Source: an uncultured Gemmatimonadales bacterium (GTDB taxonomy: Bacteria; Gemmatimonadota; Gemmatimonadetes; Gemmatimonadales; GWC2-71-9). From it: a stretch of DNA of 64,000 bases. The stretch spans positions 192,001 to 256,000 of the forward strand of contig CAWCFX010000004.1 of NCBI GenBank assembly GCA_963795085.1, read 5' to 3'. The notes below the pieces were generated by a model that made no database searches, was not told the DNA's origin, and saw only the letters and a list, made by a program, of their open reading frames with translations. Below are positions 1 through 9,595 of this stretch, piece after piece. Positions within the stretch are counted from its first letter, which is position 1, and each line of letters begins with the position of its first letter. A program made the position numbers and the translations under genes.

Positions 1-1811
1 TTGGTCTTCTTGAGAATGGGCAGTTGGAGTTTGTCGAACAACAGCTGGGCCAGTTGCCGGGGAGAGTTCAGGTTCAAATCGCCCCCGGCAGCCGCGATGA
101 TTCTCTGCTCCAGGGCCTGGAGATCGGCGCCCAGCTGGCGGGAGAGCGTGGCGAACACGTCTGCGTCGATGCCGATCCCGGCCCACTCCATGTCGACCAG
201 GACGTTGACCAGGGGAATCTCGATATCCCGCAGCAGCGGCTCCAGCGCCTGGTCCCGGAGCGGCGCGGCGAATACCTGGTGCAACGCCAGAACGGTGGCG
301 CTGCCAGCACAGCAGTAGGTCGCCGCGGCCTCGAGGCCCACCTCCGCGAAGGGGGTCTGCGATTTTCCTTTTCCGACCAGGTCGACCATGCCGGCCATGG
401 GCCGGCCCAGGTGCTCAAGGCTCAGGGTGTCGAGCGCGTGCGAGCGGCGGCCGGGATCCAGAACAAAGCTGGCGAGCATGGCGTCCCACGCCACCCCCGC
501 GAGCTCGACGCCCTCCCGCCGGAGCGCCTGCCAGTCGTACTTGAGATCGTGCCCCGCCTTCGCTGCCAGCGGGTCCTCCAGGAACTCGCGGAGCGGGGCC
601 ATCCGTGGATCGGAAAGCGGAGGCAGGTTCGCGACCGGCGGGCCAACATCCATGATGTCCACCGGGCGCCGGTGGGCCAGCGGCAGATACCACATCGCTT
701 CCTGGCTGGTCGCGAGGGACATGCTGACCAGGGTGGCGTCCCGCAAATCGTTGCCCGCCACCTGGGTGTCGAGCGCCACCAGGGGCGCGGTCCGGAGCCG
801 GGCCACCAGCGCGGGGATATCGGCGGGATCGGAGACGATCGTCGCGGCGGCCGCCGGGGCCGGGGCCGGCTCGCCCAGTGCCAGGGGCCCGGGTGGCGAT
901 GCCCCGGGCGCCTGCAGGCCCAGGCGGTTGGCCAGGGTATAGAACTCCAGCTCCGCCAGGATCCGGGCCAGCATGTCCCGATCCGGCTCTTTATCGACGA
1001 AAGTTTCCCAGGACGCCTGGAAGGGCACGTCGCACTGAATGGTGACCAGGCGCCGGGAGAGCCGGGCATTGTCAGCCTGGGCAAGCAGCGCTTCGCGGCT
1101 CCGCTTGGCCTTCACCTGGGCGGCGCCGGCCAGCAGGGTCTCGAGATCCCCGTATTCCTGGAGGAGGGCCACCGCCCCTTTCTCGCCGATGCCGCGCACC
1201 CCGGGGACGTTGTCCGAGCTATCGCCGACCAGGGCGAGATAATCCACCACCTGGCGCGGCTCGATCCCCAGCCGCTCGGCGGCGTTGCCGAGGTCCACCC
1301 ATTGCTCGTCCACGCCGGCCGGTCCGCCCCGGCCCGGGTTGAGCAGCGCCACACCGGGCCGGATCAACTGGTAGAAATCCTTGTCGCCCGAGACGATAAC
1401 CGAATGCCAGCCGCGCTCCGCCCCCTGCAGGGCCAGGGTCCCGATGACGTCGTCGGCTTCGTAGCCATCCACGGTCACGAGGGGAACCCGAAACGCCTGC
1501 AGCAACTGTTCGACCCGTTCTACAGCCCGGTCGAAATCTACCTGCAACTCGTCATCCAGCTTTTCGCGGGTGGACTTGTACTCGGGATACACCTCGGTAC
1601 GGAACGAGTCTCCGGCGTCGTTGATCCAGACCAGGAAATCGGGACGGTACTTCTCCCGCAGCCGGACCAGGAAGTTGGCCACTCCCCACGCGGCGGAAGT
1701 GTTTTCCCCCCGGGACGTGCGCAGCGGCCGCGACATCATGGCGAAGAAGGCCCGATAGATCAGCGCGTAGCCGTCGACCAGGAAGAACTGCGGCGGATTG
1801 TGGTGAGGCAT
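1..1811 (-). CDS. polA: DNA polymerase I (N-terminal ~600 aa; runs off the left edge)
   Basis: Absent from the ORF track. Manual translation from ATG at 1811 gives MPHHNPPQFFLVDGYALIYRAFFAM...RGENTSAAWGVANF (5'-3' exonuclease), then EADDVIG and GDSSDNVPGVRGIGEKGA. The frame is open to the window edge. Confidence 0.97.
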   Translation of the reverse strand, partial: MPHHNPPQFFLVDGYALIYRAFFAMMSRPLRTSRGENTSAAWGVANFLVRLREKYRPDFLVWINDAGDSFRTEVYPEYKSTREKLDDELQVDFDRAVERVEQLLQAFRVPLVTVDGYEADDVIGTLALQGAERGWHSVIVSGDKDFYQLIRPGVALLNPGRGGPAGVDEQWVDLGNAAERLGIEPRQVVDYLALVGDSSDNVPGVRGIGEKGAVALLQEYGDLETLLAGAAQVKAKRSREALLAQADNARLSRRLVTIQCDVPFQASWETFVDKEPDRDMLARILAELEFYTLANRLGLQAPGASPPGPLALGEPAPAPAAAATIVSDPADIPALVARLRTAPLVALDTQVAGNDLRDATLVSMSLATSQEAMWYLPLAHRRPVDIMDVGPPVANLPPLSDPRMAPLREFLEDPLAAKAGHDLKYDWQALRREGVELAGVAWDAMLASFVLDPGRRSHALDTLSLEHLGRPMAGMVDLVGKGKSQTPFAEVGLEAAATYCCAGSATVLALHQVFAAPLRDQALEPLLRDIEIPLVNVLVDMEWAGIGIDADVFATLSRQLGADLQALEQRIIAAAGGDLNLNSPRQLAQLLFDKLQLPILKKT

Positions 1812-1836
1812 CTCTGAAAGTAAGGGGGCCGGACCC

Positions 1837-3186
1837 TCAGGAGCCCCGGCCCTGCCTCCTGCGGCGATCCGCGACCCGGTCAAACTCGGCGCGGGACCCG
1901 GTACTCAGCCGGTACCGGCTGAACCCGGTCTCGTCCACGAAGGTGAGCACCACGCGATCCTCCGTGTACACCCAGCGGATGACGCGGCCCTGGCTCATGG
2001 GGCTCGAATCGTAGATCTCGTCGGGTTCCCCGAGGACGATAAATACCTCGCCCCGGTCGGTGCGCCAGCCGGCGACGCCCTCGTCGCGGAATAGCTGGTT
2101 GGCCCTCGCCAGCCGGGAAAAATAGCGGTCGAGGGCCTCGTTCTCCGGGGTGGCACGGTTGGGATCGGTGGTGGTGTAAAACTGCCGCCAGAGCCGGGGA
2201 CGGTCCACCGGGTCGGCTTTCCCGAGGGTGTCGAGCAGGGCTTTCCGGTCGAAATAGCGAAGCAGGGTGATCATCTCTTCATAGTTGGTGACCACCCAGG
2301 CCGTCGAGAGTGAAACGATGGCCGACTTCTGCCGTACCGCGGGACCCTCACCGACCACCAGCCGGAGCTCACCCAGCGGGGCGCTGTCGGGGGTAAGCCG
2401 GATGACCTGGCCCTCGACGGCCCGGCCGCCGGCGAAGCGAAGCGAATCCTGGAACACGATGCTGTCGGCGGCGTCGTGAATCTGGAAGGGCACCGCCCTC
2501 GGCTCGGCGAAGTTGTAGCCCTCGACATAGGCCAGCAGGGTGTCGCTGCCGTAGGCCACGGTTCCCCGCGGGTTCATGACCAGGCTGAGCGCATCCTCCT
2601 GCCCAGCCCGGCCGGTAACTTCGTATGCCACCAGGGGCGCGGAGATGGTCCCGTCCGGAAACGCCGGGACCGTGGTCGTCGTGGTGACCTGCCCCTGCTG
2701 CGAGGAGGTCCGGTCCCGCACGGTCACCGTGAGCTTGTAGCCGCCGGGAAGCAGGTGGAAAAACTGCTGGAACAGCACGCTTTCGTCGTTGCGCAGTGTC
2801 TCCTGGAAGGTGTTGACCTGGACGACCTCGTCGCGGCTTACCCGGATGGGCGGCGCCCCGGTCGGCTCGAAAACCATTTCCACCCGATACCGCGCCACGA
2901 AGCGATTGTCTTCGCGCTGGAACGAAAGCACCCGGTTTTCGAGGGAGAGGCCGACGCCGGCGATGGTCGAGTCGCCCGGACCGGCGACGTACACCAGGTC
3001 CCCGATGAAGGAAACCGGGCCGGGGGCGACCAGCCGGCCCAGCCGCTGGTACACGGTCCCCATGTCCAGGACTTCGGTAATGGATCCTCCGGGGGCCGGG
3101 GCGTTCTCCGAACCCACCCGCTGCCAGCTGCCGCAGCCGAGGACGCCTGCCAGCACGACCATGCTCCATACCCGCTGATTTTTCAC
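1837..3186 (-). CDS. GWxTD domain-containing lipoprotein
   Basis: GWRTDRGEVFIVLGEPDEI signature; FYTTTDPNRATPENE; N-terminal lipobox-like VLGC. Confidence 0.85.
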   Translation of the reverse strand: MKNQRVWSMVVLAGVLGCGSWQRVGSENAPAPGGSITEVLDMGTVYQRLGRLVAPGPVSFIGDLVYVAGPGDSTIAGVGLSLENRVLSFQREDNRFVARYRVEMVFEPTGAPPIRVSRDEVVQVNTFQETLRNDESVLFQQFFHLLPGGYKLTVTVRDRTSSQQGQVTTTTTVPAFPDGTISAPLVAYEVTGRAGQEDALSLVMNPRGTVAYGSDTLLAYVEGYNFAEPRAVPFQIHDAADSIVFQDSLRFAGGRAVEGQVIRLTPDSAPLGELRLVVGEGPAVRQKSAIVSLSTAWVVTNYEEMITLLRYFDRKALLDTLGKADPVDRPRLWRQFYTTTDPNRATPENEALDRYFSRLARANQLFRDEGVAGWRTDRGEVFIVLGEPDEIYDSSPMSQGRVIRWVYTEDRVVLTFVDETGFSRYRLSTGSRAEFDRVADRRRRQGRGS

Positions 3187-3311
3187 GCTGCCCCCGATCT
3201 GCCTGTAGTACCACGCGTTACATTGGGGTCGAAGGTTAGCGGCCCCGGTTTGAAAGCGTCAAGTCGGGGAGTCTTGCTGGCGCCCGAGGGAGCGAGTACC
3301 TTGCCAACCCA

Positions 3312-4214
3312 ATGACGCAAGAGAGTCTGGTTGGACGCACAGTTGCCGGCTATCGCCTGCTCCAGCATGTAGGCGAGGGCGGCACGGCAGCGGTCTATCG
3401 CGCCGAGCACGCCGAACGCGGCCTGACGGCGCTGAAAGTGTTGCGTTCCCGCATGGGCCAGGACCCCGTCGCCGTCAAGCGATTCCTCAGGGAAGCCGAG
3501 TACGGCGCCCGGGTCAACCATCCCAACATCGTAAAGACCTACGAATTCGGAGAGACGGACGGGCTCTATTACCTGGCGCTGGAATGGGCCGAAGGAGAGC
3601 CATTGGCCACGTTCGCCACCCGCTCGGGCCAGCTGGCGCCAGAGGTGGTGGCAACGATCATTGAGCAGCTGGGCGGTGCCCTGGCGTCGGCGCACAAGGA
3701 AGGGATTATCCACCGCGACCTCAAGCCGGCCAATATCATGTACGACCCGGCGACCCAGAAGGTCCGGCTGCTGGACTTCGGCATCGCGCGGGATTCCGAA
3801 CTTCAGCCCGAAGAACGGCTTACCCGCACCGGCTTCTTCGTCGGCACCCTTCAGTACGTGGCCCCCGAAGCGTTGAGCGGTGAGTTGGTGAACGAGCAGG
3901 CTGACGTCTACAGCCTGGCGACAATCACCTATTACCTCCTGGTGGGGACCCTGCCCTACAACGGCCGGTCCCCGCGAGAGCTCTTCCAGCAGCTACTCTC
4001 CCAGCCTCCCATTCCGCTGAACCAGGCCAGGAAGGGCCTCCGCTTTTCCAACGACCTCGAGGCCGCGGTCATGAAAGGCCTGGAACGCGACAAGGCCAAG
4101 CGGTCCCAGACGGTGGAGGAGTTTGTCAGCGGAGTACTCACCGCGGTCCGGTCGGAAGGGGAGAAAAAAGGTGGAGGCCTGCTCGCTGGCCTTTTCCGCC
4201 GGAAACCTTCGTGA
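3312..4214 (+). CDS. Soluble Hanks-type Ser/Thr protein kinase
   Basis: GEGGTAAVY, ALK, HRDLKPANI, DFG, GTLQYVAPE motifs; no TM segment. Confidence 0.93.
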   Translation: MTQESLVGRTVAGYRLLQHVGEGGTAAVYRAEHAERGLTALKVLRSRMGQDPVAVKRFLREAEYGARVNHPNIVKTYEFGETDGLYYLALEWAEGEPLATFATRSGQLAPEVVATIIEQLGGALASAHKEGIIHRDLKPANIMYDPATQKVRLLDFGIARDSELQPEERLTRTGFFVGTLQYVAPEALSGELVNEQADVYSLATITYYLLVGTLPYNGRSPRELFQQLLSQPPIPLNQARKGLRFSNDLEAAVMKGLERDKAKRSQTVEEFVSGVLTAVRSEGEKKGGGLLAGLFRRKPS

Positions 4215-4762
4215 CTCCTTCCAGGGACCTCGTCGCTCTTCTCCTGGAGCGCTCGGTCCGGCACGGCGACTTCATCCTGGCCTCCGGTGCCCGTTCCTCT
4301 TACTACATCGACGCCCGCCTTACCACCATGTCGGCCCAGGGCCTGGCCCTGATCGGCGCTCTTGGTCTCGAGGCCATCCGTGCGGCGGGGTGGGCGCCCC
4401 GCGCCGTCGGCGGCCTGACCATGGGAGCCGATCCGGTCGCCTTCGCGATTGCCCGGGCCAGCCTTGGCCAGGGCGAGGTGGTGGAGGCGTTCAGCGTCCG
4501 CAAGGCGGTGAAGGAACACGGAACCGGCCGACGGATCGAAGGGAATTTTCAGGCCGGCGACAGCGTGGTCGTCGTCGAGGACGTCATCACCTCGGGCGGC
4601 TCGGCGCGTCTGGCCGCGGAAGCCGTGAGCGCCGAGGGTGGCAAAGTGCTCGGTATCCTGGCTGTCGTGGAGCGGGAGGCCGAGGGGCGACGAGCGCTGG
4701 AGGTACTGGGGTATCCTGTAGTAGCCCTTGCCACTGCTGCCGATCTAGGGTTGATCAAGTAA
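4211..4762 (+). CDS. pyrE: Orotate phosphoribosyltransferase
   Basis: GDFILASGARSSYYID, VRKAVKEHG, PRPP motif VVVEDVITSGGS; GTGA overlap with the kinase stop. Confidence 0.95.
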   Translation: MTPSRDLVALLLERSVRHGDFILASGARSSYYIDARLTTMSAQGLALIGALGLEAIRAAGWAPRAVGGLTMGADPVAFAIARASLGQGEVVEAFSVRKAVKEHGTGRRIEGNFQAGDSVVVVEDVITSGGSARLAAEAVSAEGGKVLGILAVVEREAEGRRALEVLGYPVVALATAADLGLIK

Positions 4763-4777
4763 CGGCGCTGCAAAGCC

Positions 4778-5701
4778 TTAAAGCCCCTCCGGGGGCTTTT
4801 TCTTTTGGGGATCACCCCGTACTACAGGCGCTGGCTTTTCCGTCGTCCCATTCCCTGCTGCCAGGGGATGAAAACAGCGCAACGCCTCGAGGTACGGGGT
4901 GATCATGACGTCGAGAAACCGGCGCATAGCCATGGGGAACGGCAGCCGATGACGGAACTCCGTCGAGGTGATACCCATAATGGCACGGACGTGCCGGCCG
5001 AAACTCTGGGGCGAAGAGAATTCCAGCCGGTACGCGACATCGGCTATAGAGAGCCCCGGGCGTTCCAGCAGCACTGCCGCATGGAGCAGGCGTATCGCGG
5101 CCAGGTAGCTCTTGGGAGAGGGCAGGTGCGCCCGCCCGAAACGGGACATGAGGGTGCTGGGGCGAATCTGGAGCCGGGCAGCCAGTTTTCGGACAGTCAC
5201 GGTATCCGGGGCCAGTCGGACCATTGCTTCAAAGCAGAACCGGGTGTCCGGTGGGACGTCCCCCAAAACGTCAAATAGCTGGGCCTGGATCCGGGCGGAC
5301 GCGCGGGTGGCAGGGCCGGACACCAGGTCGCGCAGACGCTGCCAGCCACTGGGCGAGGTTACATCCACCACCTGACGGACCCCGGAGGCGCCGAGGCTCA
5401 GCAGGGTCTCAGTCGACCGGGGGTCATGGCGGGACACCAGCGCGACAGCCGGGATCTCGGGAAAGTCCCGGAGGAAATGGCTGAGGTCGTCCAGCTGGCC
5501 GGCCTGGCATCGGTGCACCGACACCAGGACTGCGTCCACCGGACGTTCCCGCACCACCCGGATGGCCTCAGGAATGGAGTCGCGGTGAACCAGGGAGAAG
5601 CACCCGGTCCCCGCCGCGTCCACGCTGACGCGCTCGCCGGGCAGCAGCACGGTGGCGATAGTATGCCCGGACACTCCCTGCTCAAACTGCGCGTAGTGCA
5701 T
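4778..5701 (-). CDS. AraC family transcriptional regulator with receiver-like N-terminal domain
   Basis: C-terminal SIADVAYRLEFSSPQSFGRHVRAIMGITSTEFR AraC HTH. Confidence 0.85.
   Translation of the reverse strand: MHYAQFEQGVSGHTIATVLLPGERVSVDAAGTGCFSLVHRDSIPEAIRVVRERPVDAVLVSVHRCQAGQLDDLSHFLRDFPEIPAVALVSRHDPRSTETLLSLGASGVRQVVDVTSPSGWQRLRDLVSGPATRASARIQAQLFDVLGDVPPDTRFCFEAMVRLAPDTVTVRKLAARLQIRPSTLMSRFGRAHLPSPKSYLAAIRLLHAAVLLERPGLSIADVAYRLEFSSPQSFGRHVRAIMGITSTEFRHRLPFPMAMRRFLDVMITPYLEALRCFHPLAAGNGTTEKPAPVVRGDPQKKKPPEGL
4779..4806. terminator. Rho-independent terminator between convergent pyrE and AraC genes
   Basis: AAAGCCCC-TCC-GGGGGCTTT followed by TTTCTTTT. Confidence 0.75.
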
Positions 5702-5924
5702 GATCTGGAATGGGTGAGAATACCCCGGCTACTTACAGACCGCCCATCAACCGGGGCTCAAATCATTACGGGAACGCCAAAATGCAGGCTCGCTCATCGG
5801 GCAACCCTTTCCCCGTTCATGGCATCTATCATCCAGGGGCCTGTTCCCTGTCCAACCTGTGTATTCGTATTAACTTGAGAGACCCGCCACCACCGCCCGG
5901 TGGTGCCTAAAAAGGGATCCACCC

Positions 5925-8900
5925 GTGAGAATTGAGCCCGGAGAGCTTGTGGCCCGGCTTCAGGCCGCGTTGGGCGCCCAGTACCGCATCGAGCGGGAAC
6001 TGGGCCGTGGCGGCATGGGCATGGTTTTCCTGGCCACCGACACCACGCTCGACCGGCCGGTCGCGGTGAAAGTCATGCACCCCGACCTTTCGGTGCACGG
6101 GTCCATCACCCAGCGGTTCCTGGCTGAGGCCCGGATGATTGCCCGCCTCCGGCACCCCAACATCGTCAGCGTGCATACCGCCGGCGAGGCAACCGGCATC
6201 TTCTATTACGTCATGGATCACGTTCCCGGCGAATCCCTGCGGGAGCGGCTCAACGCCGCCGGAAAACTGGATCTCGCCGAAACGATCCGCATCACCGGGG
6301 ACATCGCCGACGCGCTGGCGGCGGCGGGCGCCGCCGGGTTAGTGCACCGGGACGTGAAGCCGGAAAACATCCTGCTCGACAGCGCGACCGGACGGGCCCT
6401 TCTGGCGGATTTCGGGATTGCCCGGGTTGCGGCTGTCGACGCCGATGCCCAGCTGACGGGACAGGGCATCGCGGTAGGTACCCCCACCTACATGAGCCCG
6501 GAGCAGGCCGCGGGCGAAGTGGTCGATTCCCGTAGCGACCTTTACGGGCTCGGGGTAGTTGCCTACGAGATGCTGGCGGGACAGCCGCCGTTCCGGGGAC
6601 CCAATGGCGCGGCCGTGATCTCCGCGCAGTTGTCCGAAAAACCCGCGCCCATCGACCGGCTCCGGCCCGGTCTTCCCCCGGCGGTCAGCCAGGCCATCAT
6701 GCGGGCGCTGGAAAAATCCCCGGAGCACCGCTGGCAGACCGGCGCCGAGTTCCGCCGGGCACTGGCCGGCGAGGGCGGCGCGGTAGTCCGGCGCCGGCGA
6801 ACCCCGCGGGCGGCCGCGGTGGCCGGAGTTCTGGCACTGCTGCTCGCCGTGGTCGCGGTCGCCATGGCGCTGACCCGGCAGGATGGCCCCCCGCGGGGCG
6901 AGAACCCCCGCCATTCGATCCTGATTCTCCCGTTCGACAACCTGCGGGATGACCGCAGCGTCGACTGGTTGCGCGAAGGCAGCGTCAACATGCTCTCGCT
7001 CAACATGTCGCAGTGGAACGACCTGAACGTGGTGGACCATGAGCGACTGCACGATTTGTTGCGCAACCACGAACAGACGGCGGACGAGCAGATCGGCCTC
7101 GACATGGCCCGGCGGCTGGCCCGGGATGCCGGTGTCTGGACCGTCGTCCTGGGCGACTACACTCAGAACGGCGACTCGCTCTACCTCTCAGCCCGGGTCT
7201 ATGACGTGGCCACCGGAGAGCGGATCAGCGTGGCCCGGGTGGATGGGCTGGGAGAGCCCGATGCCCGCCCTCTGTTCGACCAGTTGGCGGCCCGGCTGCT
7301 GGATCTCTCGGGAGCCCCCGGCGAGGAGCGGCGTGACCTGGCTTCGCTCACGACGCCCTCCCTGGAGGCGTACCGCGCCTATCTTCGCGGGATCGACCAG
7401 CTCACCCGCTGGGAACTGGGAAGCGCGGAGTCGGAACTGGAGAGGGCCGTCAAGCTCGACAGCACCTTCGGGCTGGCCTATTACAAGCTGGCCCTGACCA
7501 GGGGATGGCTGGTGGGCGCGAACGACAGTATCGCGGAGGCGGCGATCCAACGGGCCACCCGTTTCGGCGACCGCCTGCCGCAGCACGAGCGCACAGTGAT
7601 CCGGGCCTACCGGTCCTTCATCGAAGGGGATTTCCTCAGCAGCCAGGCGCTGTACCGGTCTTTGCTGGAACGGGATTCCGCCGACACCGACGCCTGGTAC
7701 GGCCTGGGCGACGCCCTGTTCCACGATACCAGCAGCACCCGGTACGCCTCCAACCAGAGCCAGTCGCTCCGTGCCTTCCGGCGAACCCTGGAGCTGGACC
7801 CAACTTATTCGCTGGCCTACGAACACATCATGAACATGCTTACACGGTCGTCGGAGGACGATCCCTACCTTGCCCTGGTCAACACTGATTCGTTCGTGGA
7901 GGTGTACGTCAAGCCGGGCACCCGGCAACTGGACAGCGCCCGGGTGCGGAACGCGGTCACACTGGCACGGGCTGAGGCAGTATCCACCGGACGGCGGTGG
8001 GTGGCCAGTCAGCCCGAGGCGGTCCGATCTCACACCAACCTGATCGAGGCGTATTTCTCGAGCCGCGACTACCAGTCGGCACTGACGGAACTGGGCCGGG
8101 TCCGCTCGCTCCCGGCCGGTTCCCACCGGGCCGACCTGGTGTTCGCCGAGGGGCGGATCCGGTTCGCCAGTGGCGACCTCGATGGCGCGACCCGGGTGTT
8201 CCGGTCGGCGCTGGACTCTCTCACGCCGTCGGACTTCGCCACCGCAACGCCGATGAGCTTTGTGGAGATCAACAACGCCGCCGCCCTGTTCTCGTACCTG
8301 GGGAAACTGGAGGACGCCGCCCGGGCCATCGGTCTCGCCGATTCGGTCCGGCAGGCCAGCCGGGGCGATGGCCGGGGGCAGGACCCGGGGTTTGACCACT
8401 TCGAGCAGGTTGCCCTGGGCTGGCTCTATGCGGGCGCCAGTGGAGCAACGAGGGAACTCCGGCAACTCTGGTCCCGGGCCGCCGAGGACGCCCGCACTGC
8501 GCCGGCGGCCGCTCGCCCCGAGATCGCCCGCACCGGAACCCCGGCTGCCCTGGGGTTGTTCCTCGGGCCCGCGGGTGACCCCGGACCCCTGAGGGACGAG
8601 CTTCCCATCCTCACCCGGGAGGCCATGGTCAAGGAAGTCCGGGCCCTGCTGGCGCTGGACAGCGGCAAGGCGGACGAGGCACGGAGGATCCTGGCCGAGA
8701 CGGATACCGCGGGGACCAAGCACATGGGCTGGAGTGGGGATATCGGCGACCGGCGCCCGTATGCTGCGCAGGCGTACTACGTGCTGGGTGACTACCAGCG
8801 CGCGGTGGATATCCTGAGCGATTTTGAGACCCGTAGCTTCAGCAAGCGCGGTTTTGACCACCGGTGGGGCATGATTGGGCGGGTGCGGCTGTTGCGGGCG

Positions 8901-9050
8901 GCCGCCCTCGAGAAACTGGGCCGCAATGCCGACGCGGCGGCGCAGTACCGGGCGGTCCTGGCGCAGTGGAAGGATGCCGACGCGGCGATGGTGGGAGCCT
9001 ACCTGAAGCAGGCGGAACAGGGCCTGGCCCGCACGACCGGGGCCGGATGA
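5925..9050 (+). CDS. Ser/Thr kinase - TM - TolB-like/TPR sensor protein
   Basis: GRGGMGMVF, HRDVKPENI, DFG, GTPTYMSPE; TM AAAVAGVLALLLAVVAVAMAL; SILILPFDNL then TPR-like helices. Confidence 0.92.
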   Translation: MRIEPGELVARLQAALGAQYRIERELGRGGMGMVFLATDTTLDRPVAVKVMHPDLSVHGSITQRFLAEARMIARLRHPNIVSVHTAGEATGIFYYVMDHVPGESLRERLNAAGKLDLAETIRITGDIADALAAAGAAGLVHRDVKPENILLDSATGRALLADFGIARVAAVDADAQLTGQGIAVGTPTYMSPEQAAGEVVDSRSDLYGLGVVAYEMLAGQPPFRGPNGAAVISAQLSEKPAPIDRLRPGLPPAVSQAIMRALEKSPEHRWQTGAEFRRALAGEGGAVVRRRRTPRAAAVAGVLALLLAVVAVAMALTRQDGPPRGENPRHSILILPFDNLRDDRSVDWLREGSVNMLSLNMSQWNDLNVVDHERLHDLLRNHEQTADEQIGLDMARRLARDAGVWTVVLGDYTQNGDSLYLSARVYDVATGERISVARVDGLGEPDARPLFDQLAARLLDLSGAPGEERRDLASLTTPSLEAYRAYLRGIDQLTRWELGSAESELERAVKLDSTFGLAYYKLALTRGWLVGANDSIAEAAIQRATRFGDRLPQHERTVIRAYRSFIEGDFLSSQALYRSLLERDSADTDAWYGLGDALFHDTSSTRYASNQSQSLRAFRRTLELDPTYSLAYEHIMNMLTRSSEDDPYLALVNTDSFVEVYVKPGTRQLDSARVRNAVTLARAEAVSTGRRWVASQPEAVRSHTNLIEAYFSSRDYQSALTELGRVRSLPAGSHRADLVFAEGRIRFASGDLDGATRVFRSALDSLTPSDFATATPMSFVEINNAAALFSYLGKLEDAARAIGLADSVRQASRGDGRGQDPGFDHFEQVALGWLYAGASGATRELRQLWSRAAEDARTAPAAARPEIARTGTPAALGLFLGPAGDPGPLRDELPILTREAMVKEVRALLALDSGKADEARRILAETDTAGTKHMGWSGDIGDRRPYAAQAYYVLGDYQRAVDILSDFETRSFSKRGFDHRWGMIGRVRLLRAAALEKLGRNADAAAQYRAVLAQWKDADAAMVGAYLKQAEQGLARTTGAG

Positions 9051-9071
9051 GGTTATAGTTTGGCTGTGGGA

Positions 9072-9460
9072 GGACGTGGTGCGATGGTCGCGGTGGCCGC
9101 AAGGTCATCGAGGAAAGTCCGAGCTCCATCGGGTAGACTGCCAGGTAACGCCTGGGCGCCGGGAGGCGACGGCAGGGCCACAGAAAACAAACCGCCCTGT
9201 GCGAGCGCAAGCAGACACGGGGCAAGGGTGAAAAGGTGGGGTAAGAGCCCACCGCGGTCCTGGTAACAGGGCCGGCACGGTAACCCCCAGTCGGAGCAAG
9301 GCCAAATAAGCGGCGAGGTGTGACCCACACCGACCATCCGGACCTTCGGGTTCGGGAGCCGCGGGTAGGCTGCTAGAGGTGGCCGGCGACGGCCATCCCA
9401 GACAGATGACCATCCGTTCGCATTACGCGGACGAACAGAACTCGGCTTACCACCACGCCC
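9072..9460 (+). ncRNA. rnpB: RNase P RNA (type A)
   Basis: GAGGAAAGTCCGAGCT, GGGTGAAAAGGTGGGGTAAGAGCCCACC, GAGCAAGGCCAAATA, AGACAGATGA, ACAGAACTCGGCTTA; P1 pairing GGACGTGGTG/CACCACGCCC; TATAGT -10 at 9054-9059. Confidence 0.97.
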
Positions 9461-9462
9461 TG

Positions 9463-9500
9463 CCCCGGCCAGACTGCGTCTGGCCGGGGTTGGTTCTTTC
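9463..9500 (+). terminator. Terminator after rnpB
   Basis: CCCCGGCCAGAC-TGC-GTCTGGCCGGGG followed by TTGGTTCTTTC. Confidence 0.8.
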
Positions 9501-9595
9501 AGATCATAAAAGGCCCATCTCGCGCAGGACAGCAACCTTCGGCGCTGCGCCACCTGGGACGCGCCTACAGGCTGCCCGTGGGGAAGGCCGGCGGG

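Noticed and set aside
24..1817. 597-aa plus-strand ORF
   Set aside because: Antisense shadow of polA. The same applies to other long antisense ORFs (e.g. 7188-8861, 16428-17816, 28066-29778, 51097-53709), which is expected from high-GC codon bias.
5800..5830. GCAACC-N16-CATCTA ECF-like promoter before the kinase gene
   Set aside because: Single occurrence with no second copy noticed; too weak to call.
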